64,000 bases of DNA from Dendrobates tinctorius. Its lineage: Eukaryota. Position numbers and translations under genes: made by a program. The notes beneath the pieces are model-generated. The model did no database searches. It was not told the DNA's origin and was given only the letters and a program-made list of their open reading frames with translations. How positions within the stretch are numbered: position 1 is the stretch's first letter; each line of letters starts with the position of its first letter. Of this stretch, positions 1 to 12,980 are shown in pieces. The DNA is taken from contig NW_027361688.1 in the NCBI RefSeq assembly GCF_039654945.1, positions 12,896,001 through 12,960,000 on the forward strand, given 5' to 3'.

Positions 1-575
1 TAACACCTATATACAGTAGGTAACACAGGATCCACCATTCACTGTAGGTGATATCACAACTCACCTCTTCTTCCTGTACAATGACTGATAACACCTCTAT
101 ATACAGTAGATAACACAGGATCCACCATTCACAATAGGTGATGTCACAGCTCACCTCCTCCTGTACAATGTCTGATAACACCTCTATATACAGTAGATAA
201 CACAGGATCCACTATTCACAATAGGTGATATCACAGCTCACCTCCTCCTATACACTCACTGATAACCTCTATATACAGTAGATAACACAGAATACACCAT
301 ACACAATAGATATCACAGCTCACCTCCTCCTCTTGTACAGTAACTAATAACATTTCTATATACAGTAGATAACACAGGATCCATCATTCACAATAGATAG
401 ACAGTAGATAACAGGGGATCCACCATGCACAGTAGGTGATTTCATAGCTCACCTCGTCTTGTACAAAAACTGATAACGCCTCTATATAGAGTTGATAACA
501 CAGGATCCATCATTCACAATAGATATCACAGCTCACCTCCTCTTCCTGTACAATGTCTGATAACCTCACCTATAT
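1..575. repeat. ~88-bp satellite array (acaggatccaccattcacaataggtgatgtcacagctcacctcctcc...)
   Basis: Tandem degenerate units; the same family recurs at 31800-32340, 35750-36090, 46691-46800 and 54267-55690. Confidence 0.9.
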
Positions 576-1662
576 ATCAATAACCAGGGGTCAGGACCCT
601 TATTTTGTGTTACATATCAGTAACCAGGGGTCGGGACCCTTATTCTGTGTCACATATCAGTAACCAGGGGTCGGGACCCTTATTCTGTGTCACATATCAG
701 TAACCAGGGTCCGGGACCCTTATTCTGTGTCACATATCAGTAACCAGGGGTCGGGACCCTTATTCTGTGTCACATATCAGTAACCAGGGGTCGGGACCCT
801 TATTCTGTGTCACATATCAGTAACCAGGACCCTTATTCTGTGTCACATACCAGTAACCAAGGTCCGGGACCATTATTCTGTGTCACATATCTGTAACCAG
901 GGTCTGGGACCCTTATTCTGTGTCACATATCAGTAACCAGGGTCCGGGACCCTTATTCTGTGTCACATATCAGTATCCAGGGTCTGGGACCCTTATTGTG
1001 TCACATATCAGTAACCAGGGTCCGGTACCATTATTCTGTGTCACATATCTGTAACCAGGGTCTGGGACCCTTATTCTGTGTCACATTATCAGTAACCAGG
1101 GACCAGGACCATTATTCTGTGTCACATATAAGTTACCAGGGTCTGGGACCCTTATTGTGTCACATATCAGTAACCAGGGTCCGGTACCATTATTCTGTGT
1201 CACATATCTGTAACCAGGGTCTGGGACCCTTATTCTGTGTCACATTATCAGTAACCAGGGACCAGGACCATTATTCTGTGTCACATATCAGTTACCAGGG
1301 TCTGGGACCCTTATTGTGTCACATATCAGTAACCAGGGTCCGGTACCATTATTCTGTGTCACATATCTGTAACCAGGGACCAGGACCATTATTCTGTGTC
1401 ACATATCAGTTACCAGGGTCTGTGACCCTTATTCTGTGTCACATATCAGTAACCAGGGTCCGGGACCATTTTTCTGTGTCGCATATCAGTAACCAGGGTC
1501 CGGGACCATTATTCTGTGTCACATATCAGTAACCAGGGTCCGGGACCATTTTTCTGTGTCGCATATCAGTAACCAGGGTCCGGGACCATTTTTCTGTGTC
1601 GCATATCAGTAACCAGGGTCCGGGACCATTTTTCTGTGTCGCATATCAGTAACCAGGGTCTG
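576..1662. repeat. 40-41-bp minisatellite (cagtaaccagggtccgggacccttattctgtgtcacatat)
   Basis: About 26 near-identical tandem units; explains ORF 960..1532. Confidence 0.95.
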
Positions 1663-1677
1663 GCGTTTTCCCTTCAG

Positions 1678-1785
1678 TTCTGCTGCGCAGATTGGACAGA
1701 GGTTGGCCGCTATTGGGGACGAATTTAACAGAAGTTACGGGAAAGGATTCGAGAACAAGATGGCGCACGTTATCCGCCAGTCCAT
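1678..1785 (+). CDS. BIK: BCL2-interacting killer (BH3-only protein), BH3 exon; upstream exons lie outside the window
   Basis: ccttcAG acceptor, GTAGGT donor; encodes SAAQIGQRLAAIGDEFNRSY (BH3 LxxIGDE); lies tail-to-tail with MCAT as in the human BIK-MCAT-TSPO-TTLL12 block. Confidence 0.8.
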
Positions 1786-3789
1786 GTAGGTGACTCTCTC
1801 TCCTCTATTTGCTTTTATGATATACTGTTTGCTTTAGGAAAAGATTTTGTTTAATGATTCAGTTCAGAGTCCATTGTAAAAGGTCAATTGATGGATTACA
1901 CCGAATAACAGTCACCGGTAATTATATCACTTATATTTTATGAGCGCTCCCTGGAGCCCAAGTATCAAATGATTCATAATCGGCCCTTTTTTTTTTTTAT
2001 TGTCAACGACTTATATTATATGCTGCTATTTTATATTTAAAGGGGCAGTGCGATCCTTTCTCATCCCGCTCATGAGGTGCTGGCGAGGTTTGGCCTACCT
2101 TACTTCCTATTGGAACCCCCGAACCAGTGATGATTGGGGGGGTGTAATCCTCAATTAGATATATAAAATACTTTTTTCCTTTAAGGGTCTTCTGTATGTC
2201 AAAATCATGTGTAATCTCTGGGAGCAGGTGCTTTAAATTGCCTACAGTGACGCCACAGGGGAAATGAGGTATTACATGTTGGGGTCCTCCACAGTGAATG
2301 AGGCTCTCTGCAGTCACTCTGTGCTTTGGGTAATAGGTGAGAGTCTAAAAAGGGGGTCTTACTTTCATTAAAGGGGGTTTACCGTCTAATTAAAGGGGTT
2401 GTCCTGGATTAGAAAATGATTGCTTTGTTTTGGAAACCACCCCCTGATGATGGCTTGTGCCTGGTATTGCAACTTGATCCCATTTATGTGAAGAGAGCTC
2501 AGCTGTAGTACCACGAACAACCCATGGCCAGGGGCGGCGCCATTTCTAATTTTGGACAACCCCTCTAAGATCAGTTCAGATTTACGACAAACCGTGTAGG
2601 GGCTCGCCCTGCTGAATATATTGATTTTGATTCCTAGGAATTGTATATTTATAGTCAGAGGTTGAAAGATATGGCTGGTGGTAAAGCAAGGATCCATACC
2701 CTCAAATATCTGCATCCCCTCCACCCCTGTGAACAGTTACAGGGGTTACTGTCTCTTTAAAAATGCATCGTGCGCATAAAACAGGACGAGACGCACTCCG
2801 ATAACCCTGTTTATTCAGCGCCGTCTTTTTTCTATTTGCTCTCGTGGTCGGTAAAAGTTTCTGTGGCCAAATATTTGCTCTAGAAATACTGATTTACATA
2901 ACCCGCATTTCAACTCTGCGAAGCCATCGGGTACAGTAACTACACACGGAAGAGTCGGGGAGGATCGATCAAGCCAAAAAAAAAAAGGAAACAGCGCCAC
3001 TCACTGCCCAGAGGTTGAGTATGGTATTGCAGTATACCCACAACCAAGTTAAAAAAAAAAAAAAATTTCTTCCCAACTTGGGACCAGAAGTCAAACAAGA
3101 TTTGGGTTTATGTGACTGTTGCGTCATATTACATCGTAGGTAAAAATCTGACCCCTATCACACATTTCAAGCGTCAAGTAACCATTTGGCCCTAGGCTTA
3201 AAGGGGTTGCCAAGCGGCTTAAAAAATATTTTGCAAAGGGCTCAGGGTGCTTTAAAAAAATAAATATAAGAAGGAAGTGAATCTCAATGCTTCTCCTTCA
3301 CCACCTCTCCCGTCCTACAGGGTCCCTGCTGGTCTCAACTTCCTGGTCCAGTCTCTACACACAGGAAGTGGCTCCTCAACCAATCACTGGCTCAGCTGGG
3401 TAACCACTGTGGCCAGTGATTGGCTGCTGCTGTGTATCAAGGCAGGACCAGGAAATAGAGACGGGAAGGGGGCAGCAGCGCTCTCTTTTCTTTTAAGCTA
3501 CTGTGAATCTATTGCCATATATTGATTATTGCATTATCTTTTGTCTAGTTTTTCCTATTTAAGGGCTTTTTTTAAGTCTATTTTCTACTTGTTCATCTTT
3601 TTTTTTTTTTTTTTCTCTCCACCATCGCGGACGCTGTATTTGTTATCCAGCTATTTGTAGCCAATGAATTTGTCTCTTTTGCTTTAAATTTTTTTTTGGA
3701 AGAATTTGGCGCATAAACAGGAACAAATATAGCAAGAATTAAAAAAAAAAAACGGGAAGAAATAATCTGAATGTTTTATACCTTCACAG

Positions 3790-3901
3790 ACGCTATGTGG
3801 GTAATTGCCAAAATTTTGCTCTGAGCCTTTTGAGAAGTGTTAAAAATATCGCAAGCCGTGTGGATCATGGCGAGACCCGAACTCCTGGCAGGGGGGCGCT
3901 G
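3790..3901 (+). CDS. BIK: BIK internal coding exon
   Basis: cttcacAG / GTAAGA sites; phase-2 join with the previous exon gives open IRYVGNCQNFALSLLRSVKNIASRVDHGETRTPGRGAL. Confidence 0.7.
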
Positions 3902-4182
3902 GTAAGAATTTTTTTTTGAAGTTTTTATGAAAAATGTAATAAATGAAAAAATAAAAATAAAAAAAAAATAAAAATATATATATTAAAAATTGCAACATGT
4001 ATTATAGATATATAAAAAAATTGCAATTTTCCCAACTGGAATACCTGGTTGCGACTCAGGTGATTTTTCATTTTTAGGTCCCCGATTTTGCATCGATTAA
4101 CTTCTTAAAGGGACGGTACACTACTTATATCTCATCCCCTTTTAATAATCCTACTGTATTGTTTTTTCCTCCATCCGCACAG

Positions 4183-4284
4183 GTATCCACAACGGATCCC
4201 GTGACCATTAACCCCAACCTTCTGCTTGTAGCTGCGCTGGTTGCAGTTTTTGGAATCATCATCAAGCTGGGACTGGATGACTGA
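4183..4284 (+). CDS. BIK: BIK last coding exon with C-terminal membrane anchor
   Basis: Polypyrimidine tract + cacAG, phase 0; VSTTDPVTINPNLLLVAALVAVFGIIIKLGLDD*; AATAAA at 4612-4617. Confidence 0.75.
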   Translation, partial: VSTTDPVTINPNLLLVAALVAVFGIIIKLGLDD

Positions 4285-4672
4285 AATCCTTGGAGGAGGC
4301 CACGGCAGGACTCTGGCCGTCATGTGCCACCCTGGCGGTGCCATTTATACACTGGAATATTTTTTTTACCTTTATCTTATAGTGCTGGGTCACTGATGAA
4401 AAGAGAAAAAAAAAAATTATGATAAATTTTTAAATTTGGTGTTTTCTTTTAATTACTTATGGGGGTTTTTATATGTAAGCACTTAAGACGGTTTTCCTGC
4501 GAGATCTTCTCCGGACTGGACTGTTTTGTTTTTTGTACCCGTGAGTGAAGGAATGCGGGTCATCCTCTTCTCACCCCCAAAATCTGCCCTCAATCTGTGA
4601 ATCAAATGTTTAATAAAGTGATTTAATTCTGCAAATTCACAACTCGTGTGTCTGTTCCGGAGCGGTACGGAA

Positions 4673-5008
4673 CATATACTAAAGTCAGGCTGTGCGTGGG
4701 CATATACTAAAGTCAGGCTGTGCGTGGGCATATACTAAAGTCAGGCTGTGCGTGGGCATATACTAAAGTCAGGCTGTGCGTGGGCATATACTAAAGTCAG
4801 GCTGTGCGTGGGCATATACTAAAGTCAGGCTGTGCGTGGGCATATACTAAAGTCAGGCTGTGCGTGGGCATATACTAAAGTCAGGCTGTGCGTGGGCATA
4901 TACTAAAGTCAGGCTGTGCATGGGCATATACTAAAGTCAGGCTGTGCATGGGCATATACTAAAGTCAGGCTGTGCGTGGGCATATACTAAAGTCAGGCTG
5001 TGCGTGGG
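4673..5008. repeat. 28-bp minisatellite (catatactaaagtcaggctgtgcgtggg)x~12
   Basis: Near-perfect tandem units. Confidence 0.95.
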
Positions 5009-8000
5009 ACTGGAATGGCTGATAACAGAGAACAAGAGCAAATGCTGGGATAATAGTTGGTCTTCACATATTAATTTCTCACCCATCAATTAACACTAGG
5101 CAGATATTACCGTGCGTGCGTGTGCGTAGGCCAGGTACATCCGAGCCCAAATACTCCAATTTGTGGTCTCCCATCAGTGCCACTGAGAATGACTGGAGCT
5201 GTGGGGGTCCCAGTGATCGGACCCTGCAGAGATCAATAATTCCATCGCCTGTCGATAAGGGATGACTACTAACCCAAAACGAATGCCTAAGAAAACCTGT
5301 GTGTGAACATAGCCCGACTAGATTACCGCCAGCCGACTTTACTGTTTACTGCACACGGGGGTGGGGGGTTGGGGGGGGGGGGGAGTCTCATGTCTACCCC
5401 TAAGGACTCATTCAGACGTCCATTTTTATTTTTCCACGGTCCTAGGTTTATCAGTGACATTGTGCAATTTTGTCGCACGAAAAAGAAAAAAAAAAAAAGT
5501 TTCTCCACCTTCTCCTAACAGTCCCTGAAAAAAAGACAAAAGTAACATCAGAGTACTTTACGATTTGGATCAATACCTAACACACCTCCGCAGATTTTGC
5601 CCAGACAGCTCGAGGTCCGCAAACCCCCCCCCAAAAAAAAACGGATGTGTGAACAGCCTCAAAGACAATACCGAGGATTAGTTCTAGCCGTGAAAAACAG
5701 GGACAGAACTCGTCTGCCAATGAGCCTTAAGGCACATATCAGGGAAAAGGATTGGGCATGTTGGATTTCGATATGCCTACTCCTTGGCTGTCAAGCAAGA
5801 TAAGCTGATGCTGGAGATTTATGACAGCAGCAAACTCCTCTCTCCCCTCAGTAAAATGAAGCGAGCACTTGTATTGGAGTAGCTTTTGGCGGAATGCTCG
5901 TATCTAAGGTGTACAGTCACGTGAAAAGAGTTATCCGGTGCCACTAAATTCTGGATAGGCCGTGTGCATGATCGGCAGATCAGGGATGGACCCATGCACT
6001 TTTCAGTCCCAGAAACGCCCCCGCAAACTCAATCCCACACTGCAGGGAAGGGTGGCCGGAATCAAAACTATGGAGATCATCACGTAAAACTGTCTGCAAC
6101 GAAACCTGCTCCGTGTATAATGTGACCTGGACACTGGAACCCATCGAGACTTCCTCATTATCCGATAGCAGGAAGCGAAATCTCAGACTGTTTACAAAAT
6201 ACCCATCAACAGAAGAACGCACCGTGAACTGCGGGGGCGAGAAGGCGGACAGAATAGTAATAGCCGGGATTATAAATCCTGTGAAGATGAAGGAAAATTA
6301 CAGAATATATAAATATTGCACAAAGGTAGAGACCACGTACGCATCCGGCTTAACTCAGATCAAGCAGGTTTGGAGGGATCTCATCCAGCGCGCCATGGAT
6401 GCTGGACCACGGTCATCCACATTAATTTGCTAATCTCTAGCCTTTATACATTTTTTGTTTTACCCTTTTATTATGTCTCATATGCTCTCCCCTGACTCAC
6501 ACTGTCTTTAGTATCTGTGAGGGTTGTGTGCAGAGTCTCAGTTTACCCTGTGATGTATACAGCAGTCTCACTGAACCCTATGTGATGTATACAGGAGTCT
6601 TACTGAACCTTATGCGATGTATCCTCACACTGCAGAGTCTCAACGTAGTCTATGAAATGCATCTTCAGCCTGACTCCTGCTTGTAACTGACCGGAAGAAA
6701 CTTATCGCAAGCAGGAGGCATGGTAAATGGGCTAAAGCTGCATCTCATACCATATACACTGAGACTCTGCAGGGTTGAAGGTTAATAGCATGAGATACAC
6801 AGACTCTGCCGTTTGAGGAAGGAACTGAGCCATCAGAAAAAGGTGAGAGGTGTAAAAAAAGGAAAAATATGACAGGCAACAAACAAAGAAATGGCACATC
6901 ATCTAAAACCTTTACAAAAAGCATACACAAGAGCCTCAGAATCGACATGCTGATACAGTGCTGTTCTAAAAGATGATTCTGCAAATTGCATTTTTTTTTT
7001 TTTTCACAAAGCACAGTAAGTGCAGACATATTGGTAATAAACAAACTAAGCCCAAGAGTTTCTTTCTTGTACCCTTATGTCTTTTTTCATCTCTATCTGC
7101 CCCTTGTGCATACAGCTTCACATAAATGGGCATTCCTATTCTTACACTGCTGAAACTACATTTGTCAGCAGCACTTGCCTCTCCTCAGTGCTGCAGACCC
7201 CCTCCCCACTCACCTGTGTGCTCATTACTAGCCCCAGCTGTTTTTATCAGACCAATGCTTCTGTGTACTGTCTGCTACTGTACAGTCCGCTGCTTCGCCA
7301 ACTTTATCATCTGCTGTCTACATCAGTATAGATGCCTGTGTGTCATTACAGCATTGTTACCTGGTTTATATCTGAGTTCAACTCTCCTCCATTCCTCCAC
7401 AATGGCAGAGGATTAACTTCCACCATATGCATCAATCAGCAGTTGCACATCACTGATCTCTCAGCACCGGCCAGCACCCACGGATCTGCACTGCCTGATA
7501 ATTACAGGGATTGCAGAAGAATTGAGCTCTGATAGAAACCAGCTAACAATGATGTAAAAACACAAGCAGCTATACTGATGCGAAGATATAATCAGCCAGG
7601 AAGGATACCGTCTAAGTGTAATACCAAAGTGCTGATCGGCTTTTATAGACTGTTTCGCTGCACGTTGGTGGCTACTTAATGAGTTAACAGAGGATCCATC
7701 AGTGAGCATGCTCTGACATGTAGTTTGTAATGCAAATCTGTCTTTTTCTGAACTCTACTGCAATATAATCTAAGACTGTAGACCAGAATTTTTATGTGGT
7801 CCTAAAGCGGTTCCCGTAAATGGATGCAAATGAACATAGCTTTGTCCCAGGCACAATGCGAGTTACCCCTCTATGATATGGATAGCAGATAACTTTATTT
7901 TTAGGGGGGATAATCCTTTAATTACTGTAATGTAGTACTGACTCATGCCTGCAGGTGTCACTGCTGCAGCTTTTTTTTTTTTAAATAGCCCCTTAGTTCT

Positions 8001-9026
8001 CTTGCCCAGTCCGCAATTGGATAAATACCTCTTCTCACTGTCATTGCAGACACTGCGCGCAAGCATGACCACCGCTCCATATAAACTGCTCCAAAATGGA
8101 GATGGGGATCCTCCTTCTAGTGATCGATAGTGATCCCGGCCATCATACATTTATCTCCTATCCTGTGATATAAAAGCATTGGACAGTATTCATTCCTTTT
8201 TCACACACAGTTAATACAAAATTTTGACTTTAATACAGGATGAACCTCTACAAAGCTTCAGATGGAAGCAAAAAGTGGAGACCTAGAGGCGAGCAGTGGG
8301 AGAAAAGATAGAAAAAAATTGCATCATTAAAGGAGTTGTCAGGCTTACAAAAACCCATTTTTATATACTCTATTAGGGAAATTGGAGTTAATGAAAGGGA
8401 CGTCCTCTGTTCAGGATCCTCATCTCTTCTCACTCTGGAGAACCCATCCTATCCTGTACCACTCAGATATAATTATTAATGTGCAATACTTCTTTTCCCC
8501 AGCGGGGGCACTGTGGGCAAACTTACTACCAGATTTACTCTTAGATCGCAGCTGATTACAAAACGCCCTGCTTCATAGATCCCCAATAATGAGGTTATTG
8601 CCAAGGGACTCTTCTATCAACTAGGAATTTTACCAAACCCAAGAACCTTGTTAACAAGAACACTGGCCATTCTGCTCATGCATAGTGTAGTAGGCAGAAC
8701 ATTGGCGGGAGGAACACACAACCAAAGTCTTGTGAGCCGGACCACTGGCGATCAACCGATCGTTGTATTGGCTATCATATTAAATGGGTCACCACTTAAT
8801 GAGCTGGAATTTTAATAGGACCCAGACAAAGCTGAATTATGGGTGTCACTCAAGTTTTCTACATCTACGGGGGTACTGGTTCTCCTTGTGTGCAATGCAT
8901 CCTGAAGGGAAATGGATGCAATCAGGCTTTGGAGAATGGAGAAGCCCTTGACGTGGTCTTAGGTAGCAAATCACTACCTGGCGATTCAGCGGCCCCTTAA
9001 AAGTCCAGACGCATCATTTCTCCTCC

Positions 9027-9434
9027 TCAGTCACTTTCAAAAACATCAATACTTTTATAAGACCTCCAGGCCTTCAAGTTGCAGATCTTGAGCATAGTTC
9101 CCAGCTGAACTCCCGGTCCCATTTCAAAGGTGCGAGGAAAGTTGGTTCCTTGCTTCCTCTCGTAGATGGCGTGCATCGTCTGTTCCCATTTTACAGGGGA
9201 GACCAGCTGCTTGGACAGGAGGTCCTCCATGGCCATGGCATGTCGGTACCTCTTCCCGTCTACGTTACAGTACACGTTGACCAGCGGCTGCTTAAAGTTC
9301 AGGGTCTTCAGGACCTTCTGTAAAGGCTCCACAGCCGGCTCCATTAAAGAGGTGTGGAAGGCGCCGCTGACTGGTAACAACTTAGTCCGAGCGAAGGAGA
9401 ACTTTTTGGAATTTGTTTGGAGAAACTGAATGGC
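9027..9434 (-). CDS. MCAT: Mitochondrial malonyl-CoA:ACP transacylase, exon 4 (last)
   Basis: ttccAG acceptor; AIQFLQTNSKKFSFARTKLLPVSGAFHTSLMEPA... with the catalytic AFH motif; stop at 9027. Confidence 0.97.
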   Translation of the reverse strand, partial: AIQFLQTNSKKFSFARTKLLPVSGAFHTSLMEPAVEPLQKVLKTLNFKQPLVNVYCNVDGKRYRHAMAMEDLLSKQLVSPVKWEQTMHAIYERKQGTNFPRTFEMGPGVQLGTMLKICNLKAWRSYKSIDVFESD

Positions 9435-10000
9435 CTGGAAGACAAGTAGTAAAATTATTATTGTGAACTTATGCCATAGTTTTGCTTAGAGAATTCACAG
9501 AAGGGACTAAAGCTGCCATAGTTATTATTGTGATGGGTAGAGGAATGATGCTATGGTTAAAGTCTCTTCTTATAAAATCCACGTAAAAACCTCAAGTAGC
9601 CAAAAAGAGAGAATAGAAAGAGCCTCACGTGCACGTCAGCCACCTCTTCATTCCAGGCCGTGCAAGATGTGGCCCTATTGTCATATGTGAGAGACTATCA
9701 GACATGGTAGACATGCCACAAATTTCCAAAATAAAAGTAACCCTTTAATGTTCATAGAAGCCATGCAAAATCCTTCACATTTACCTATGTGGGTATGAAG
9801 AAGGATCCAGGTTTTACGATTTCAACCTCCCCATCTTTTAGCACCCCATTGTAGATAAGCCGTCAGGCGTTTAGATTACCACTTGTTTCCCTTCTGACAA
9901 CCAATATAAAGGTGACCCAATCGTCACTTTGGCTCCATAGATAAATTATGTCTATGAGCAAGTAGATAATTAAGTATTACCGCCATGTACAGAATCTCAC

Positions 10001-10218
10001 CTCTTTATGTCCGGCAATGACTTTGCCATTCGGGAACAGGAAGTTTGCCACCCTACAGACCGGGTCCGCTATGCCCAACGTCTTGCAGTGCTCTTCAGCC
10101 TCAGCACAGGCCAAGTGATACCTAGTTTTAGGCGTCCCAACCACAGAGAGCATCCCACTCGGTACAGCATCAGACGCCTCCTGCATGGCCTCCGCTCGGA
10201 CTTTCACGGCATAGAGAG
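10001..10218 (-). CDS. MCAT: MCAT exon 3
   Basis: AG/GT sites, 218 nt, LYAVKVRAEAMQEASDAVPSGMLSV...VIAGHKE; phases consistent. Confidence 0.97.
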
Positions 10219-10340
10219 CTGCAATAAACCATACTCCAGACGTAAAAACTATCAAGTCTTATAAGTAAACTTATTAAAAAGAAAAAAAAAATATATATTT
10301 TTTTTTTCCAGATTTTAAAAAGCTCCCAATTATTCAGAAA

Positions 10341-11089
10341 CTAGCTGAAGAGCCCGGTGCTGCCCGGGCATAGTAACTAACTGTGGTTAGTTATAGCAAA
10401 TTATAATTATCCTCCATCCCATAGGCCCGTGCCCATATACCCATCATACATATCCACGATCCCATAGGCCCGTGCCAATATACCCATCACACATATCCTC
10501 CATCCCATAGTCATATACCCATCATACAAATCCTCCATCCCATAGTCCAGTGCCCATATGCCCATCATACATATCCGCCCGCAATCCCGTGCCCATATAC
10601 CCATCACACATCCTTCATCTCATAGTCCCATGCCCATATACCAATCATACATATCCTCCATCCCATAGTCCAGTGTCCATATACCCATCCTCCATCCCAT
10701 AGTCGAGTGCCCATATACCCATCATACATATCCCCATCCCATAGTCCCGTGCCCATATACCCATCCTCCATCCCATAGTCAACCATTATGACATCATAAT
10801 GAGTGGCGGGGCTTGCAACCTATGATGACATCAGCGTCGCCATGGCAACCATTATGACATCATAATGAGGGACGGGGCTTGATACACACACGCTTTTTCC
10901 CCATTATGTAGATAGGGGCAAAATTGTTTGGTGAATTGGAACGCGCGGGGTTAAAATTTCGCCTCACAAAATAGATTAGGACGCTCTCGGGGTCCAGACG
11001 TGTGACTGTGCCAAATTTTGTGGCTGTAGCTGCGACGGTGCGGATGCCAATCCCGGACATACACACATACTTGAGCTTTATATATTAGA
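10341..11089 (-). mobile_element. Non-autonomous Helitron carrying an internal ~40-bp minisatellite (10410-10780)
   Basis: Minus strand starts TC(TAATATATAAAGC), ends with hairpin GCCCGG-N-CCGGGC then CTAG; inserted between A and T with no TSD. Confidence 0.75.
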
Positions 11090-11428
11090 TCGGGGTCCCA
11101 GTGGTCATTCTCAGTTATTGTCCCTAGAAATAAATTGGAGCGGAGGAAACAGCCGACGTTATGAGATATAAATCCGACATTTATCTCCTAGGGATAAGTA
11201 ACTACATTTTCAGGATCTTGGTCTCGTAGTCAGGTCAGTAACTTGTGGCGGACTTACAACCTGCCTCACCGACTATTCAGCCTGGCACGACGTCAGCCTA
11301 TGAAGCTGGGTACTCAAAGGAGAAGAGAGGGATACCGGTAGGAGGCGAGTCACAGATGCCACGGTATACTGACCTGGCCACTGAACCAAGGTCCTCAAAA
11401 TCGATTTGCTCCTTTTCCATCTTCTTAC

Positions 11429-11516
11429 CTTCTGCAAAATCCAGAGCACCAGCAAAAACAAGGGCGGCGAATTCCCCAACGCTGAAGCCGGCCGTCACCA
11501 CACAGTTCTCCACGGC
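11429..11516 (-). CDS. MCAT: MCAT exon 2
   Basis: 88 nt, AG/GT; AVENCVVTAGFSVGEFAALVFAGALDFAE contains the catalytic GxSxG serine. Confidence 0.97.
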
Positions 11517-11649
11517 CTGGAGGAAGAGAACGATAAATGATGAATGCACAGATGAGCAATGACCTAACGAGCCAACAATCTATATCACTGGCAGTGGTCT
11601 CCAATGGTTACGGAACTACTGATCCCAGCATGGGGAGGGGTGTACCTAC

Positions 11650-12075
11650 TTCGGGGTCCTCTTGGCTGAGTTTCTCCGCTGCGGCCAGGGAGGTGATGAA
11701 GACGGCCGGTTGGCAGTGCACGGTCTTGTTCAGCATCTCGGCCGGGCCCTTGAGGCATACGTCCAGCAGGTCATAACCCAGCACCTTGTGGGCAGCCAGG
11801 AACATGGCCCTGACATTGGGGTACTGCAGGAGTCCGCGGGCCATGCCCACCTGCTGGCTGCCCTGCCCTGGGAACAGGACCACCGTGCTGTCCAATGGTG
11901 ACCTGGCTGGCCGGTGCTCTTCTACGCCTTCCCTGTCCACCTCGGCCTCCGCCAGTAAACTGACAACGTCCTCTTTCTCACTATTAGACGCCCACCTCTG
12001 ACCCTGGGCAGCCTTGTGCCCACTATACAGCAGCCTCCTATAGAGAGACGACCTCAGAAGAGAGGAGCCCCCCAT
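11650..12075 (-). CDS. MCAT: MCAT exon 1 (mitochondrial targeting peptide + FPGQGSQ motif); spliced protein 379 aa
   Basis: ATG at 12075, VVLFPGQGSQ, TVHCQPAVF, GTAGGT donor. Confidence 0.95.
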
Positions 12076-12099
12076 GCCTGCTGGAGAACCCCCACCAAC

Positions 12100-12722
12100 T
12101 CCCTACAGAGCCCTCCTGACAGATAACACGTGACTACACAAGCTGCACCCCAACACGTGAGTCACTGTGACTTCTCAAGGACACTTCCGGGTGAGCCGTG
12201 CACCACTAAAGGCTTCCCCCTCCTCCGGGAACATTCATCACAGGCACAAACGTTCCGCCTCACTGTATTCCTACCATTGTAAAAATATTACAGTAAAAAT
12301 AGCAATTTATGTGACTGTAAATCACATTAAACAATCATTGAAAAGTGTTAAGGTTCATTTTTGTGTTTTTCTTTTTGCCCTTAGCTAAGATGGCCGATGA
12401 GGGCATCTCCCTTCCTCCCTCTAGACTCCGCCCCCTGGTCAGCTGATCCGTGCACTCCCCTAAAAAATATATGGGTCTGTCCCTGCACTGGTGTATATAG
12501 CAGAGGTGACAGGAACACAGAGGTGAGTGCAGCCAGCTTATCATTCCTGACTATTATTGATGCAGCACTGCACATGAGGATGTGCTTATCTGTTAAACAT
12601 GCATGGCTGGGACTTGTAGTTCCACAGCCCAAATACACAATAGATGTATATTAGTGCAACTGAATCCTTGTTCATTGCTACTGTGGAACTACAAGTCCCA
12701 GCAATGCATGTTTAACAGATAA
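12100..12722. promoter_or_regulatory. Candidate divergent MCAT/TSPO promoter region
   Basis: E-boxes CACGTG (12127, 12154); ETS site ACTTCCGG (12183); + strand TATA-like element and AG|GTGAGT donor at 12523; ZNF143-like ACTACAAGTCCCAGCAATGC at 12688 with an inverted copy ending ~12620. Confidence 0.45.
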
Positions 12723-12812
12723 TAATATACATTATAGGAGTTGCAGACTAAAATCGGGAATAGGCGGTTTACCAAACTTTCACCATAAAAAAAAAACTTT
12801 TTCCGTGTGTAT

Positions 12813-12980
12813 NNNNNNNNNNNNNNNNNNNNNNNNNNNNNNNNNNNNNNNNNNNNNNNNNNNNNNNNNNNNNNNNNNNNNNNNNNNNNNNNNNNNNNNN
12901 NNNNNNNNNNNNNNNNNNNNNNNNNNNNNNNNNNNNNNNNNNNNNNNNNNNNNNNNNNNNNNNNNNNNNNNNNNNNNNNN
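12813..12980. other. Assembly gap (N run)
   Basis: N characters. Confidence 1.

Noticed and set aside
576-5008. Regularly spaced short repeats resembling CRISPR arrays
   Set aside because: Head-to-tail units without unique spacers, no cas genes, eukaryotic context
5980-6433. 106-aa ORF between BIK and MCAT
   Set aside because: No splice context; at most a decayed LINE 3' fragment, too weak to call
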